Source: an uncultured Eubacteriales bacterium
GTDB taxonomy: Bacteria; Acidobacteriota; Aminicenantia; Aminicenantales; Saccharicenantaceae
DNA length: 64,000 nt
NCBI GenBank assembly: GCA_964574895.1
Contig: CAZNPB010000010.1
Coordinates: 183 to 64,182 of the forward strand
Direction of reading: 5' to 3'
Both the position numbers and the translations under genes were made by a program. The notes under the pieces are model-generated. The model made no database searches. It was not told the DNA's origin and was given only the letters and a program-made list of their open reading frames with translations. Numbering within the stretch: position 1 is the first letter of the stretch; each line of letters begins with the position of its first letter. Shown in pieces: positions 8,359-18,036 of the stretch.

Positions 8359-11300
8359 ATGAAAAAACCGCTCGCCCTCCTCGCCGCCGTCCTCTGCCTC
8401 CTCGCCCTGGCCCGGGCCGCCGAACCGGCCGGACGCAACGGGTACTACCGCTTCCCGGCCCTCCATGGCGACCTGATCGTCTTCGTGTCGGAAGGCGACC
8501 TGTGGACGGTCGAGGCCGAAGGCGGCACGGCCCGCCGTCTGACCTCGCATACCGGCCAGGAAACCTATCCGGCCATCTCCCCCGACGGCCGGACCCTGGC
8601 TTTCTCGGCCCAGTACGAGGGACCGACGGAGGTCTACACCATGCCGCTGGCCGGCGGGCTGCCCGCGCGCCGGACGTTCGCCGGCCAGGGCGCGACGGTC
8701 GTCGGCTGGACCCCCGACGGCAAGGTCCTGTACGCCACGCAGAGGTATTCGACCCTGCCCAACACCCAGCTCGTCGCTCTCGATCCGGCCACCAACGGCG
8801 AAGCGCTGCTGCCCCTGAGCCAGGCCGCCGACGGGTCGTTCGATCCCGCCGGGCGGACCCTCTATTTCACCCGCCTCCCCTTCCAGGGCAGCTACACCAA
8901 GCGCTACAAGGGCGGCACGGCCCAGAGCCTGTGGTCCTACGCGGCCGGCGCCGCCGAGGCCGTCCCGCTGACGGCCGACTACGCCGGCACGAGCAAGAAC
9001 CCCATGGTCTGGCAGGACCGGGTCTATTTCCTCAGCGACCGTGACGGCTCGATGAACATCTGGTCCATGGACCTCCGGGGCGGCGGGCCCCGGCAGCACA
9101 CCTTCCACAAGGGCTTCGACGCCAGCTCCCCCAGCCTCGACGCCGGCCGCATCGCCTACCAGCTCGTGGCCGACCTGCGCGTCTACGACATCGCCGCGGA
9201 CAAGGACGCGGCCCTGGCCGTCACCCTGCCCTCCGACTTCGACCAGATGCGCGAGCGGTGGGTGACCAAACCCCTCGATTACCTGACCTCGGGCCATGTC
9301 TCCCCGAACGGCGACCGGGTCGTCCTGGTCTCCCGGGGCCATGTCTTCGTCGCCCCGGCCGGGGACGGCCGCTGGGTGCGGGTCGACCGCAAGGACGGCG
9401 TCCGGGCCCGGGCGGCCCGCTTCATGGGCGACGGCCGGAGCCTCATGGTCCTGACCGACGAGAGCGGCGAGTGGGAATATTACCGTTACGCCGCGAACGG
9501 GCTCGGCCCGGCCGAACGGCTGACGACGGGGGCCCGGGTCATCCGCTTCGACGGCGTCCCCTCGCCCGACGGGAAACGGATCGCCTTCGCCGACAAGGAC
9601 TACCAGCTCTGGCTCTTCGACGCGGCCGGCAAGACCCTGAAGAAGGTCGACGTCTCCGACACCGGCATGTTCGGCGATCTGGCCTGGTCGCCGGACAGCC
9701 GCTGGCTGGCCTACGTCCGGAGCGCCGCGAACGGCTTCAGCCGGATCGTCCTCCTCGAGGCCGAGACCGGGCGCGCCCTGGAGCTGACGAGCGAGCGCGT
9801 CGATTCCTATAACCCCGCTTGGAGTCCGGACGGCCGCTGGCTGTACTTCCTGTCCGACCGGTATTTTCGGAGCGCCGTCGGCAGCCCCTGGGGGCCGCGC
9901 CAGCCCGAGCCGTACTTCGACAAGACGGTCAAGATCTACGCCGCCGGATTGAGCGGGAAAGATCCCTTCCCCTTCGCCCCGGCGACCGAGCTCGAAGCCG
10001 ACAAGAAGGACGGCGGCGACAAGAGCTCCGGCGGAGCCGCCAAGCCGGCGGCCGGCCCGGCGGCCAAGGAGCCGGAGAAGCCGGCCCCGCCGGTCAAGGT
10101 CGTCATCGACCCGGCCGGCCTGGCGGAACGCGTCTTCGAGATCCCGCTGCCGGCCGGCGTCTACTCCGGCCTGGCGGCCGGGGACAAGACCCTGTTCTTC
10201 GTCGACGAGGGCTCGAACGCCGCCGGCCAGCCTAAGCTCCAGGCCGTCGAGATCCGGAACCGCAACGTTCAGGCCAAGACCCTGATCGAGGACGTCCGCG
10301 GCTTCGAGCTTTCGGCCGACGCCAAGAAGCTCTTCGTCCGCAAGGGCGGCGACCTCTACGTCATCGACGCGGGCACGGCCGCCCCGACCGGTCCGACCCT
10401 CGGCGAGCGCAAGGTCGACCTCTCGAAATGGACCTTCTCGATCGACCCCCGCGAGGAATGGCGCCAGATGTTCGTCGACGCCTGGCGCATGGAGCGCGAT
10501 TACTTCTACGACCGCAACCTCCACAACGTCGACTACGAGGGCCTGCTCGGGCGCCACCGGCCGTTCGTCGACCGGGTCAGCGACCGGGCCGAGCTCAACG
10601 ACCTCCTGGCCCACCTCGTCGGCGAGCTCTCGGCCCTGCACACCTTCGTCCGCGGCGGCGACCTGCGGCCGCCGGCCGACAGCGTCACCCCCGCTTCGCT
10701 CGGGGCCCGCCTGGTCCGCGACGAGGCCAAGGGCGGCTACCGCATCGACCATATCTATCGCTCCGATCCCGATTATCTGGACAACGTCTCCCCGCTCGGC
10801 CGGCCCGGTTCGACCGTCCGGGAGGGCGAGATCATCGCGGCCGTCAACGGCGTCCCCGCGCTCGGCGTCGCCGATCCGGCCCTCCTCCTGCGCAACACGG
10901 CCGGGCAGCAGGTCCGGCTCGAGATCAAGCCGGCGGCCGGCGGCGCCTCGCGCCCGGAGATCGTCGTGCCCATGACGCCGTACGCCGAGTCCGACCTCCG
11001 CTACGGCGAGTGGGAATATACGCGGCGCCTCGAGGTGGAGAAGGCCTCGAAGAACGAGATCGGCTACGTCCATCTGCGGGCCATGGGCGGCGACAACTAC
11101 ACCGAATGGGTCAAGAACTTCTACCCGGTCTTCGACCGCAAGGGTCTGATCATCGACGTCCGGCACAACCGCGGCGGCAACATCGATTCCTGGATCCTGG
11201 AAAAGCTCCTGCGCAAGGCCTGGTTCTACTGGCAGGACCGGGTCGGCAAGCCGACCTGGAACATGCAGCACGCCTTCCGCGGCCACATGGTCGTCCTGTG

Positions 11301-11658
11301 CGACGAGCGGACGGCCTCGGACGGCGAGGCCTTCAGCGAGGGCTTCCGCCGGCTCGGGCTGGGGAAGGTCATCGGGACGCGGACCTGGGGCGGCGAGATC
11401 TGGCTGAGCTCGTCCAACGTCCTGGTGGACCGGGGGCTGGCCTCGGCGGCCGAAACGGGCGTCTACGGGCCGGAGGGCGAGTGGCTCATCGAGGGGCGCG
11501 GCGTCGAGCCCGACATCGTGGTCGACAACCTGCCCCACGCCGCCTTCAACGGGAAGGACGCCCAGCTCGAGGCGGCCATCGCGCATCTTCGGGCTCTCAT
11601 CGCCAAGGACCCGCGCGAGGTGCCCCCGCACCCGCCCTATCCGGACAAAAGGAAATAG
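8359..11658 (+). CDS. tricorn protease homolog (beta-propellers + PDZ + S41 C-terminal peptidase)
   Basis: Size is ~1100 aa. A signal peptide MKKPLALLAAVLCLLALARA follows an AAGGAG SD. TolB/WD40-like repeats are present (PAISPDGRTLAF, SPDGKRIAF, WSPDSRWLAY, WSPDGRWLYF), along with a PDZ-like GEIIAAVNGV and an S41-like VVLCDERTASDGEAF. Confidence 0.8.
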   Translation: MKKPLALLAAVLCLLALARAAEPAGRNGYYRFPALHGDLIVFVSEGDLWTVEAEGGTARRLTSHTGQETYPAISPDGRTLAFSAQYEGPTEVYTMPLAGGLPARRTFAGQGATVVGWTPDGKVLYATQRYSTLPNTQLVALDPATNGEALLPLSQAADGSFDPAGRTLYFTRLPFQGSYTKRYKGGTAQSLWSYAAGAAEAVPLTADYAGTSKNPMVWQDRVYFLSDRDGSMNIWSMDLRGGGPRQHTFHKGFDASSPSLDAGRIAYQLVADLRVYDIAADKDAALAVTLPSDFDQMRERWVTKPLDYLTSGHVSPNGDRVVLVSRGHVFVAPAGDGRWVRVDRKDGVRARAARFMGDGRSLMVLTDESGEWEYYRYAANGLGPAERLTTGARVIRFDGVPSPDGKRIAFADKDYQLWLFDAAGKTLKKVDVSDTGMFGDLAWSPDSRWLAYVRSAANGFSRIVLLEAETGRALELTSERVDSYNPAWSPDGRWLYFLSDRYFRSAVGSPWGPRQPEPYFDKTVKIYAAGLSGKDPFPFAPATELEADKKDGGDKSSGGAAKPAAGPAAKEPEKPAPPVKVVIDPAGLAERVFEIPLPAGVYSGLAAGDKTLFFVDEGSNAAGQPKLQAVEIRNRNVQAKTLIEDVRGFELSADAKKLFVRKGGDLYVIDAGTAAPTGPTLGERKVDLSKWTFSIDPREEWRQMFVDAWRMERDYFYDRNLHNVDYEGLLGRHRPFVDRVSDRAELNDLLAHLVGELSALHTFVRGGDLRPPADSVTPASLGARLVRDEAKGGYRIDHIYRSDPDYLDNVSPLGRPGSTVREGEIIAAVNGVPALGVADPALLLRNTAGQQVRLEIKPAAGGASRPEIVVPMTPYAESDLRYGEWEYTRRLEVEKASKNEIGYVHLRAMGGDNYTEWVKNFYPVFDRKGLIIDVRHNRGGNIDSWILEKLLRKAWFYWQDRVGKPTWNMQHAFRGHMVVLCDERTASDGEAFSEGFRRLGLGKVIGTRTWGGEIWLSSSNVLVDRGLASAAETGVYGPEGEWLIEGRGVEPDIVVDNLPHAAFNGKDAQLEAAIAHLRALIAKDPREVPPHPPYPDKRK

Positions 11659-11707
11659 GGGCCCCGGCGATCGTCCGTCGTCTCAAAGATCCGACGAGGA
11701 GTGAGCC

Positions 11708-13993
11708 ATGTCCCAGCGCCGATCCCTTCGGCAAGCCTTTCTCGCGGCCGCGATCACGTCCGTCCTCGCTTCGGCCGCGGCCGTGGCCGGAGACGCGTAC
11801 GGCTACCTCGTCCGGAGCGGCCCGCCCTGCGCCGTCTGGTGGGCGGAAGGCGCCTACAAAGTCATGCGGGACGATCCGGCCCCGGCCGCGGAACAGGGCG
11901 TCGTCCGGATGGCCGCGGCCCGGAACGAGTACGAGCCGTTCCTCCTCGTTCTCCGGCCCTCGGCCCGGCTGGACGAGGTGCGCGTCGCCGCCGGTCCCCT
12001 GACCGATCGGCGGGGCCTGGCCCTCGTGGCCGCGGACATTTCCGTCCGTCATGTCGAGTACGTCCGGGTGACGACGCCGACCGACGCGCTGGGACGGGCC
12101 GGCTGGTGGCCCGATCCCCTGCCGCCCTATGACGGGCCGTTCGCCGCGCCCGCGGGCGAGAACCATCCGCTCTGGATCACCGTCCGCGTTCCCCCGGACG
12201 CCGCGCCGGGGCTCTACAAGGGGGCCATCTCCCTCTCGGCGGAGGGCTGGTCCTGCCAGGTCCCGATCGAGCTGACGGTCCGGGCCTTCGCCCTGCCGGA
12301 GAAGTCCTCGGTCCGGTCCTCGTTCGGACTGCCGACCGGCGACATCAAGGCCTACCACAACCTGGAGACCCGCGAGGAGCTGGAGCGGGTCGTCGACCTC
12401 TACTACCGGGACATGCGCGAGCACCGGGTGGCCCCGACCTCGCCCTTCGAGCTCTATCCCATGCAGGTCGCCGCCCGGGGCGTTCATTGGAAGGGCGGAG
12501 AATTCGTCGCCGCAGGCGTCCACGGCGGGCTCCGGTGCCTCCGGGTCACCGACGACTCCCCGACGGAGAACGTCGCCGCCCGCTATGACGAGCTCATCCC
12601 CGTCGCCGGCCGCGCCCCGCTCGAGCTGGACCTCTGGGCCCGGACGGCCGAGGCCGGGCAGAAGTACACCGTCCTCTGCGAATTCCTGACCCCGGAAGGG
12701 GCCTGGATCGCCGGCGCCAACCTGTTGCGCGTCCTCGAGGGCTCGATGGACTGGAAACGGGAGAAGCTGGCCATCCCCGGGCTTCCGGCCGAGGCGGCCG
12801 GCCTGCGGTTGAGCCTCTTCCCCGCCTTCCGCGACAACGGCGGGACGACCGCCGGCACGGCCTGGTTCGACGACATCGTTCTGCGGAGCGCGGCAAAGAC
12901 CGGCGGCGCCGACCCGGACGGCCTGCTGCCCGGCGGCGACTTCGAGATGCCGCTCGACGGGATGTCGGTGGCGGTCGACTTCTCCGAGTTCGACCGCGGC
13001 GCCCGCCGCGTCCTCGACGAGCTCGGCTTCAACGCCTACGACCTGCCGCTCGAGGGCCTGGGGACCGGCTCGTTCTACAGCCGCAAGGAAGGGCTTTTCT
13101 GCGGCTTCCGGCAAGGCACGCCCGAGTACGACCGGCTCATCAGCCAGTATTTGAAGCAGGTCGAGGCCCACCTGGCCGAGAGCGGCTGGCTCGGCCGCGA
13201 GTACATCTACTGGTTCGACGAGCCCGATCCCAAAGACTATCCCTTCGTTCGCGAGGGCATGCTCAACATCCGCAAGAACGCGCCGCGCCTGACCCGCTTC
13301 ATCACCGAGCACCGGCCCGGGCCCGAGATCATGGACGTCTCCGAGATCGGCTGCACCATCTTCGACCGGGTCGACCCCAAGGCCGTGGCCGAGCTGGCCC
13401 CCCAAGGCCGGGAGTTCTGGTCCTACCTCTGCACCGGGCCAAAGTCGCCCTGGGTGACGCTGTTCATCGACCACCCGGCGATCAACATGCGGATCTGGCT
13501 GTGGATGTCCTACGCCTGGGGCCTCGAGGGCATCCTGGTCTGGCGGGCCGACTACTGGAACAGCCCGACCCTGTTCCCGCCGGGCGTCCTGCAGAACCCC
13601 TGGCAGGACCCGATGTCCTACACTGTCGGCTACGGCGTCCCCTTCGGCCAGGTCAACCGCTGGGGCAACGGCGACGGCCGGTTCCTCTATCCGCCCAACC
13701 GCGACCCGGCCGGGGACAGGACGAAATACCTCCGCGGCCCGGTCGATTCGATCCGCTGGGAGATCCTGCGCGAAGGCCTCGAGGACTACGAGTACTTCGT
13801 CCTTCTCGAGAAGGCCGTCACGGCCGCCAAAGGCAAAGCCAAGCTCAAAGCCGGGGCCGCCGAAGCGGCCAAGCTTCTCGCGTTCCCGCCGGCGCTCTTC
13901 ACGACCGGCCAGGATTACACGAAAGACCCGCTCGTTCTGCTCCGCTACCGCGAGAAGGTCGCGGCGGCCATCGAACGTCTGACGGCCCGCTGA
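11708..13993 (+). CDS. DUF4091 / GH123-like glycoside hydrolase, secreted
   Basis: A signal peptide is present (AITSVLASAAAVAG). The block REYIYWFDEPDPKDYPFVREGM...FITEH and the C-terminal WEILREGLEDYEYF are typical of DUF4091-containing hydrolases as I recall them. Confidence 0.5.
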   Translation: MSQRRSLRQAFLAAAITSVLASAAAVAGDAYGYLVRSGPPCAVWWAEGAYKVMRDDPAPAAEQGVVRMAAARNEYEPFLLVLRPSARLDEVRVAAGPLTDRRGLALVAADISVRHVEYVRVTTPTDALGRAGWWPDPLPPYDGPFAAPAGENHPLWITVRVPPDAAPGLYKGAISLSAEGWSCQVPIELTVRAFALPEKSSVRSSFGLPTGDIKAYHNLETREELERVVDLYYRDMREHRVAPTSPFELYPMQVAARGVHWKGGEFVAAGVHGGLRCLRVTDDSPTENVAARYDELIPVAGRAPLELDLWARTAEAGQKYTVLCEFLTPEGAWIAGANLLRVLEGSMDWKREKLAIPGLPAEAAGLRLSLFPAFRDNGGTTAGTAWFDDIVLRSAAKTGGADPDGLLPGGDFEMPLDGMSVAVDFSEFDRGARRVLDELGFNAYDLPLEGLGTGSFYSRKEGLFCGFRQGTPEYDRLISQYLKQVEAHLAESGWLGREYIYWFDEPDPKDYPFVREGMLNIRKNAPRLTRFITEHRPGPEIMDVSEIGCTIFDRVDPKAVAELAPQGREFWSYLCTGPKSPWVTLFIDHPAINMRIWLWMSYAWGLEGILVWRADYWNSPTLFPPGVLQNPWQDPMSYTVGYGVPFGQVNRWGNGDGRFLYPPNRDPAGDRTKYLRGPVDSIRWEILREGLEDYEYFVLLEKAVTAAKGKAKLKAGAAEAAKLLAFPPALFTTGQDYTKDPLVLLRYREKVAAAIERLTAR

Positions 13994-14045
13994 GCCCGCC
14001 GCCGCTCCCGGCCGGTCCGGGGCCGCGGCCAGAAGGGCGGGAGTG

Positions 14046-14966
14046 TCAAGGCGCAGGGGATCGGGTCACCGCAGCCGACAGCGGATGATAGTGGATATGG
14101 ACGCGCCTCAGAAGGTCGATCTCCCGATGCAGGTCCCGCTCCAATTGGGCGGCGATGGCGTCCCCCTCGGCCACGGTCAGGCCTCCTTCCACGGCGATCG
14201 TCAGGTTGATGACCAGGTAGGGGCCGAAACGATGGGCCTGCATCTCTTCGAGGGCCAGGATACCGGGGATACCGGCGCTGGCGGCCCGGACCTGTTCTCG
14301 CAGCTCCGTCGCGGGAACGGTATCCATCAGCTCGCCCGAGGATTCGCGGAGGATGCCGATCCCCGTTCTAAAGATCACCAGAGCCACCAGGGCGCCGGCC
14401 AGAGGATCGAACAACGGATATCCGGCCCGGGCCAGGAAGATGCCGAAGCTGGCGGCGGCCGCGGAGAAGATATCGTTCCGATGGTCCAAGGCGAGCGCGC
14501 GAACGGCGAGGTTGCCGGTCTGCCGCCCGATGCGGCGCGTCATCCGGGTCAGCCAGATCTTCACCCCCACGGTGAATAGGGCGACGATCTGGGCGCCCAG
14601 GGAGGCCCGGGCGAAGGCGGTCTCGCCGGAAAGAAGGTCGTAGATCTCGTTGGCCGCGTCCCAGAGGATGGCCACGGCCGTCGTCAGGACGAAGGCCCCG
14701 ACCACCAGGGCCGCGATGCTCTCGAACTGACGATGCCCGTACGGATGCTCGGCATCGGCGGGCTTGTGGGCCAGCCGGACGAAGACCTTGATGATGATGT
14801 TGTAGGCCACGTCGGACGTGGAATTGATGCCGTCCGCCAGCAGCGCCGGGCTATGCCCCAGGATCCCGACGGCCGTCTTGAGCGCGGCCAGCCCCGAATT
14901 GGCGGACAGGGCGATGTTGACGGCGCGCAGGCTGCGCGTATCGGCCTTTTCGATCGTGGGGCCCAT
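14046..14966 (-). CDS. cation diffusion facilitator (CDF) family metal efflux transporter
   Basis: The motif GHSPALLADGINSTSDVAYN, six TM segments and a C-terminal cytoplasmic domain (HRFGPYLVINLTIAV...HIHYHP) are present. Confidence 0.8.
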   Translation of the reverse strand: MGPTIEKADTRSLRAVNIALSANSGLAALKTAVGILGHSPALLADGINSTSDVAYNIIIKVFVRLAHKPADAEHPYGHRQFESIAALVVGAFVLTTAVAILWDAANEIYDLLSGETAFARASLGAQIVALFTVGVKIWLTRMTRRIGRQTGNLAVRALALDHRNDIFSAAAASFGIFLARAGYPLFDPLAGALVALVIFRTGIGILRESSGELMDTVPATELREQVRAASAGIPGILALEEMQAHRFGPYLVINLTIAVEGGLTVAEGDAIAAQLERDLHREIDLLRRVHIHYHPLSAAVTRSPAP

Positions 14967-15017
14967 GGGCCGAACCAGTATACCAGAAAAATATCGGCCA
15001 AGCGCCGCCGGCTGTCA

Positions 15018-18017
15018 TCAGAACGACTTCAGGAAGGCGCACCGGGTGATCTTGGGGACCCCCTCCCCGTCCTTGCGGACCTCGCCGCGCAAAAAGCAGA
15101 CGGGCGGCGTGCCATAGGTGAGGCAGCGGGTCTCGCCGACGCCCTCGAGCAGGCCCGTCTCGTCCTCGAAGACGTAAAAATACTTGGCGCCGCCGTTGCC
15201 GTTCCCGTCGCCGTTGCCGGCCTGGGGGTGGTAGGTCACCCGCTGGCGGGCGTCGACGACCCGGACGACGAGCTCGACCAGGGCCCCGGCGTGGTCCTTG
15301 AGGTCCCGGATGCGCAGGTCCGGCCGCTTGCCCTGGTAGAGGTCGAGGTCGTCCCCTTCCGGCAGGAAGCCGAGGGCCTCGAAAAGCATGCGCCGCTTCT
15401 CGTCCGAGGCGATGTCGGCCACCTCCTCCATGTGCTCCAGGCCCTGGAAGTAGCGCAGGACCTGGCGCGTCCGCCGCGGCTCGAGCGAGTCGAAGACGCC
15501 GGCCTTGATGAGGGTCAGCAGCTCGGCCTTGCCGGGCTTCAGACGGGCCAGGGCGTCCTCGACCGAGAGGAACTCGCCGCCGGCCGCCCGCTCCTCGAGC
15601 AGGCGCTCGATCGTCTTGAGGGCCAGCCCCTTGATCGAGGCCAGGCCGACGCGCAGGGCCCCGGCCTCGACCTCGAAGCCGGCCGCGCTGCGGTTGACGT
15701 CCGGGCCGAGGACGCGCAGGCCGTTGCGCTTGGCCTCGGCGACGTACTCCGCGAGCTCGTAGTAGCCGCCGCCGGCGTTGAGCACGGCCGCGAAATAGGC
15801 CGCCGGATGATGGACCTTGAGATAGACGGCCTGATAGGCCATGAAGGCGTAGGAGGCGCTGTGGGCCTTGTTGAAGGAGTAGGAGGAGAACTTCTCCATG
15901 GTCTGCCAGAGCCGCTCGACGTCCGGCGCCGCGTAGCCGCGCTCCCCGGCCTCGCGCCCGAACTTCGCCCGCAGGGCCGGGTCGCCGCCCCGGCCCTTCT
16001 TCAGGCTCCGCCGCAGCAGGTCGCCTTCCTCCGGCGGCAGGCCGGCCACCCGCTCGGCGATCTGCATGACCTGCTCCTCGTAGAGGAGGATGCCGCCGGT
16101 CTCGGGCAGGATGCGGGCCAGGAAGGGATCGTCGCGGCGCCGCCTCAGCAGGGCCTCCTTCATGCCGCTCTCGGTCGGCCCCGGCCGGACCAGGGCCAGG
16201 GCCTGGGTGATCTCGTGGATGTCCGCCGGCTTCATGCGCCGCAGGAGGTTCATCATGGCCGGGCTCTCGACCTGGAAGCAGCCGACCGTCCGGGCCGCCC
16301 GCAGGGCCGCGTACGTCGCCGCGTCGCCCGGCGGCAGGCTCCCCAGCCGGAGCTTCTCCTTAGTCTCCGAGATGGCCGCCAGGCCCCGCACCGACAGCAG
16401 GTCGAGCTTGATCAGCCGCAGGTCCTCGACCGCGTCCTTGTCGAAGTGGGTCATGCGCAGGCCCTTGGCCGAGATCTCGAGGGGCAGACAGCGCTCGACC
16501 GGGCCGGGGGTCAGGATGACGCCGCCGACATGGAGCGAGATCTCGTGGAAGACGTCCTGGAGCTCGGCGGCCAGCTTCCAGACCTCCAGGCGCCCCGGGG
16601 CCGGCGCGGCCAGCCGCAGGCTCGACGGCTCGGCGAAATAGGGCACCCGCTGGGACAGGCTCCGGGCCTCTTCGGGCGGCGCGCCGAAGGCCCGCAGCGT
16701 CTCGTAGAGGGCCGACCGGCCGCCGAAGTCCTTGAGCGAGCAGACGTAGGCCGCCCCGGTCCGGCCGGAGCCGTAGCGCTCGAGGACGTAGCGCAGGACC
16801 TCGTCGCGGCGCCGGGAGTCGAAGTCGATGTCGATGTCCGGCGGGTCGGGCCGGCCGCGGTTGAGGAAGCGCTCGAAATAGAGGTCGAACTCGAGCGGGT
16901 CGACGTGGGAGATGCCGAGGAGCCAGGCCAGGAAGGACGAGGCCCCCGAGCCGCGCAGGTTGTGGAGGATGCCGCGGCGGCGGGCGAACTCGACGATGTC
17001 GTGGACGACGAGGAAGTAGGGGCCGAAGCCCGACTGCTCGACCGCGGCCAGCTCGCGGCGGGCCCGCTGGCGCTCTTTCCAGGTCAGGTGCGGCGCGGCG
17101 GCCAGCCGCTCGGTGACGGCCTGGCGCAGGGTCCGGGGAAAAAGGTCGGCCGGCAGGTGGGGGACGACGTTCTCGAAGACGAACGAGCATTTCTCGGCCA
17201 CCTCCGACGTCCGGGCCAGGACCTCCCGGGCGGCCTGGCCGAAGCGGCGCAGGGCCAGGGCCTCCTGGTCCGGGCCGAAGGCCTTGATCCGGCCCAGGAG
17301 CCGGTCGCGCTCCGGCGGGAACGGGACCTTGTCCTCGATGGCGTGGATCAGGACGAGGCGCTCGGGGCTGGTCAGGTACTTGACCGGGTTGGCCCAGACG
17401 ACGGGCAGCCCGCCGGGGACATGCTCCAATTTCGCGGAAATCGGTACGTGTCCCCCATTTTCACCCGCTTCCACGATGCGGCGGAAATTCCCGAAGTCCG
17501 CCCCGACGTAGAGGTCGCCCGGGGCCAGCTTGTCGCCTAGGTCGGCCAACATCGCCGCCTCGCTCGGCCAGCCGGCCGGCGGCGCGTCCGGGGAACCGCC
17601 CGTTGGGGACACGCTTGTCGGGCTTGTCGGGGACATGTCCCTTTGGTACGGGTCCCCGTTCCCGGCCTTCCCGCCGCCCGCCCCTTCGTCCCGTCCCGGG
17701 ACGTAGATCACGACGAGGCCCGAGGCGTCGCGGACCTCCCGGCGGTTGAAGATCTCCACCAGGTTCGGGTAGCCCTCCGCCGTCTTGACCAGGAAGACGA
17801 AACGGCGGCCGCCGCACTCGAGCTCGCAGCCGAAGAGGGGCCGGACGCCGCAGGCCGGGGCCAGCCGCTTCCACTTGCCCCAGCCGTAGATGTTGCCGAC
17901 GTCCGTCAGGGCCGCGGCCGGAAGGCGCCGGGCCCGGGCCCAGCCGGCCGCCTCCTCGAGCGTGACGCTCCCCCGGCCCCGGCTGTAGACCGAATGAAGG
18001 CGGAGCGGCACGAACAT
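15018..18017 (-). CDS. dnaE2: DNA polymerase III alpha-subunit family, error-prone DnaE2/ImuC-like
   Basis: The PHP start is PLRLHSVYS, which lacks the first His. The polymerase core carries PDPPDIDIDFDSRRRDEV and GCFQVESPAMM. At 999 aa it has no tau-binding tail. It sits in a same-strand cassette behind lexA and dinB. Confidence 0.7.
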   Translation of the reverse strand: MFVPLRLHSVYSRGRGSVTLEEAAGWARARRLPAAALTDVGNIYGWGKWKRLAPACGVRPLFGCELECGGRRFVFLVKTAEGYPNLVEIFNRREVRDASGLVVIYVPGRDEGAGGGKAGNGDPYQRDMSPTSPTSVSPTGGSPDAPPAGWPSEAAMLADLGDKLAPGDLYVGADFGNFRRIVEAGENGGHVPISAKLEHVPGGLPVVWANPVKYLTSPERLVLIHAIEDKVPFPPERDRLLGRIKAFGPDQEALALRRFGQAAREVLARTSEVAEKCSFVFENVVPHLPADLFPRTLRQAVTERLAAAPHLTWKERQRARRELAAVEQSGFGPYFLVVHDIVEFARRRGILHNLRGSGASSFLAWLLGISHVDPLEFDLYFERFLNRGRPDPPDIDIDFDSRRRDEVLRYVLERYGSGRTGAAYVCSLKDFGGRSALYETLRAFGAPPEEARSLSQRVPYFAEPSSLRLAAPAPGRLEVWKLAAELQDVFHEISLHVGGVILTPGPVERCLPLEISAKGLRMTHFDKDAVEDLRLIKLDLLSVRGLAAISETKEKLRLGSLPPGDAATYAALRAARTVGCFQVESPAMMNLLRRMKPADIHEITQALALVRPGPTESGMKEALLRRRRDDPFLARILPETGGILLYEEQVMQIAERVAGLPPEEGDLLRRSLKKGRGGDPALRAKFGREAGERGYAAPDVERLWQTMEKFSSYSFNKAHSASYAFMAYQAVYLKVHHPAAYFAAVLNAGGGYYELAEYVAEAKRNGLRVLGPDVNRSAAGFEVEAGALRVGLASIKGLALKTIERLLEERAAGGEFLSVEDALARLKPGKAELLTLIKAGVFDSLEPRRTRQVLRYFQGLEHMEEVADIASDEKRRMLFEALGFLPEGDDLDLYQGKRPDLRIRDLKDHAGALVELVVRVVDARQRVTYHPQAGNGDGNGNGGAKYFYVFEDETGLLEGVGETRCLTYGTPPVCFLRGEVRKDGEGVPKITRCAFLKSF

Positions 18018-18036
18018 GGCCTCGTCCCCTCCCCCC

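Noticed and set aside
8254-11631. 1125-aa ORF antisense to the tricorn-like protease gene
   Set aside because: Its composition is dominated by Arg/Gly/Ala/Pro/Asp/Val with no recognisable motifs. It mirrors the real gene on the opposite strand, a typical stop-poor antisense frame in high-GC DNA.
14733-17540. 935-aa ORF antisense to dnaE2
   Set aside because: It has the same low-complexity Arg/Gly/Ala/Pro-rich character, while the opposite strand carries clear polymerase motifs.
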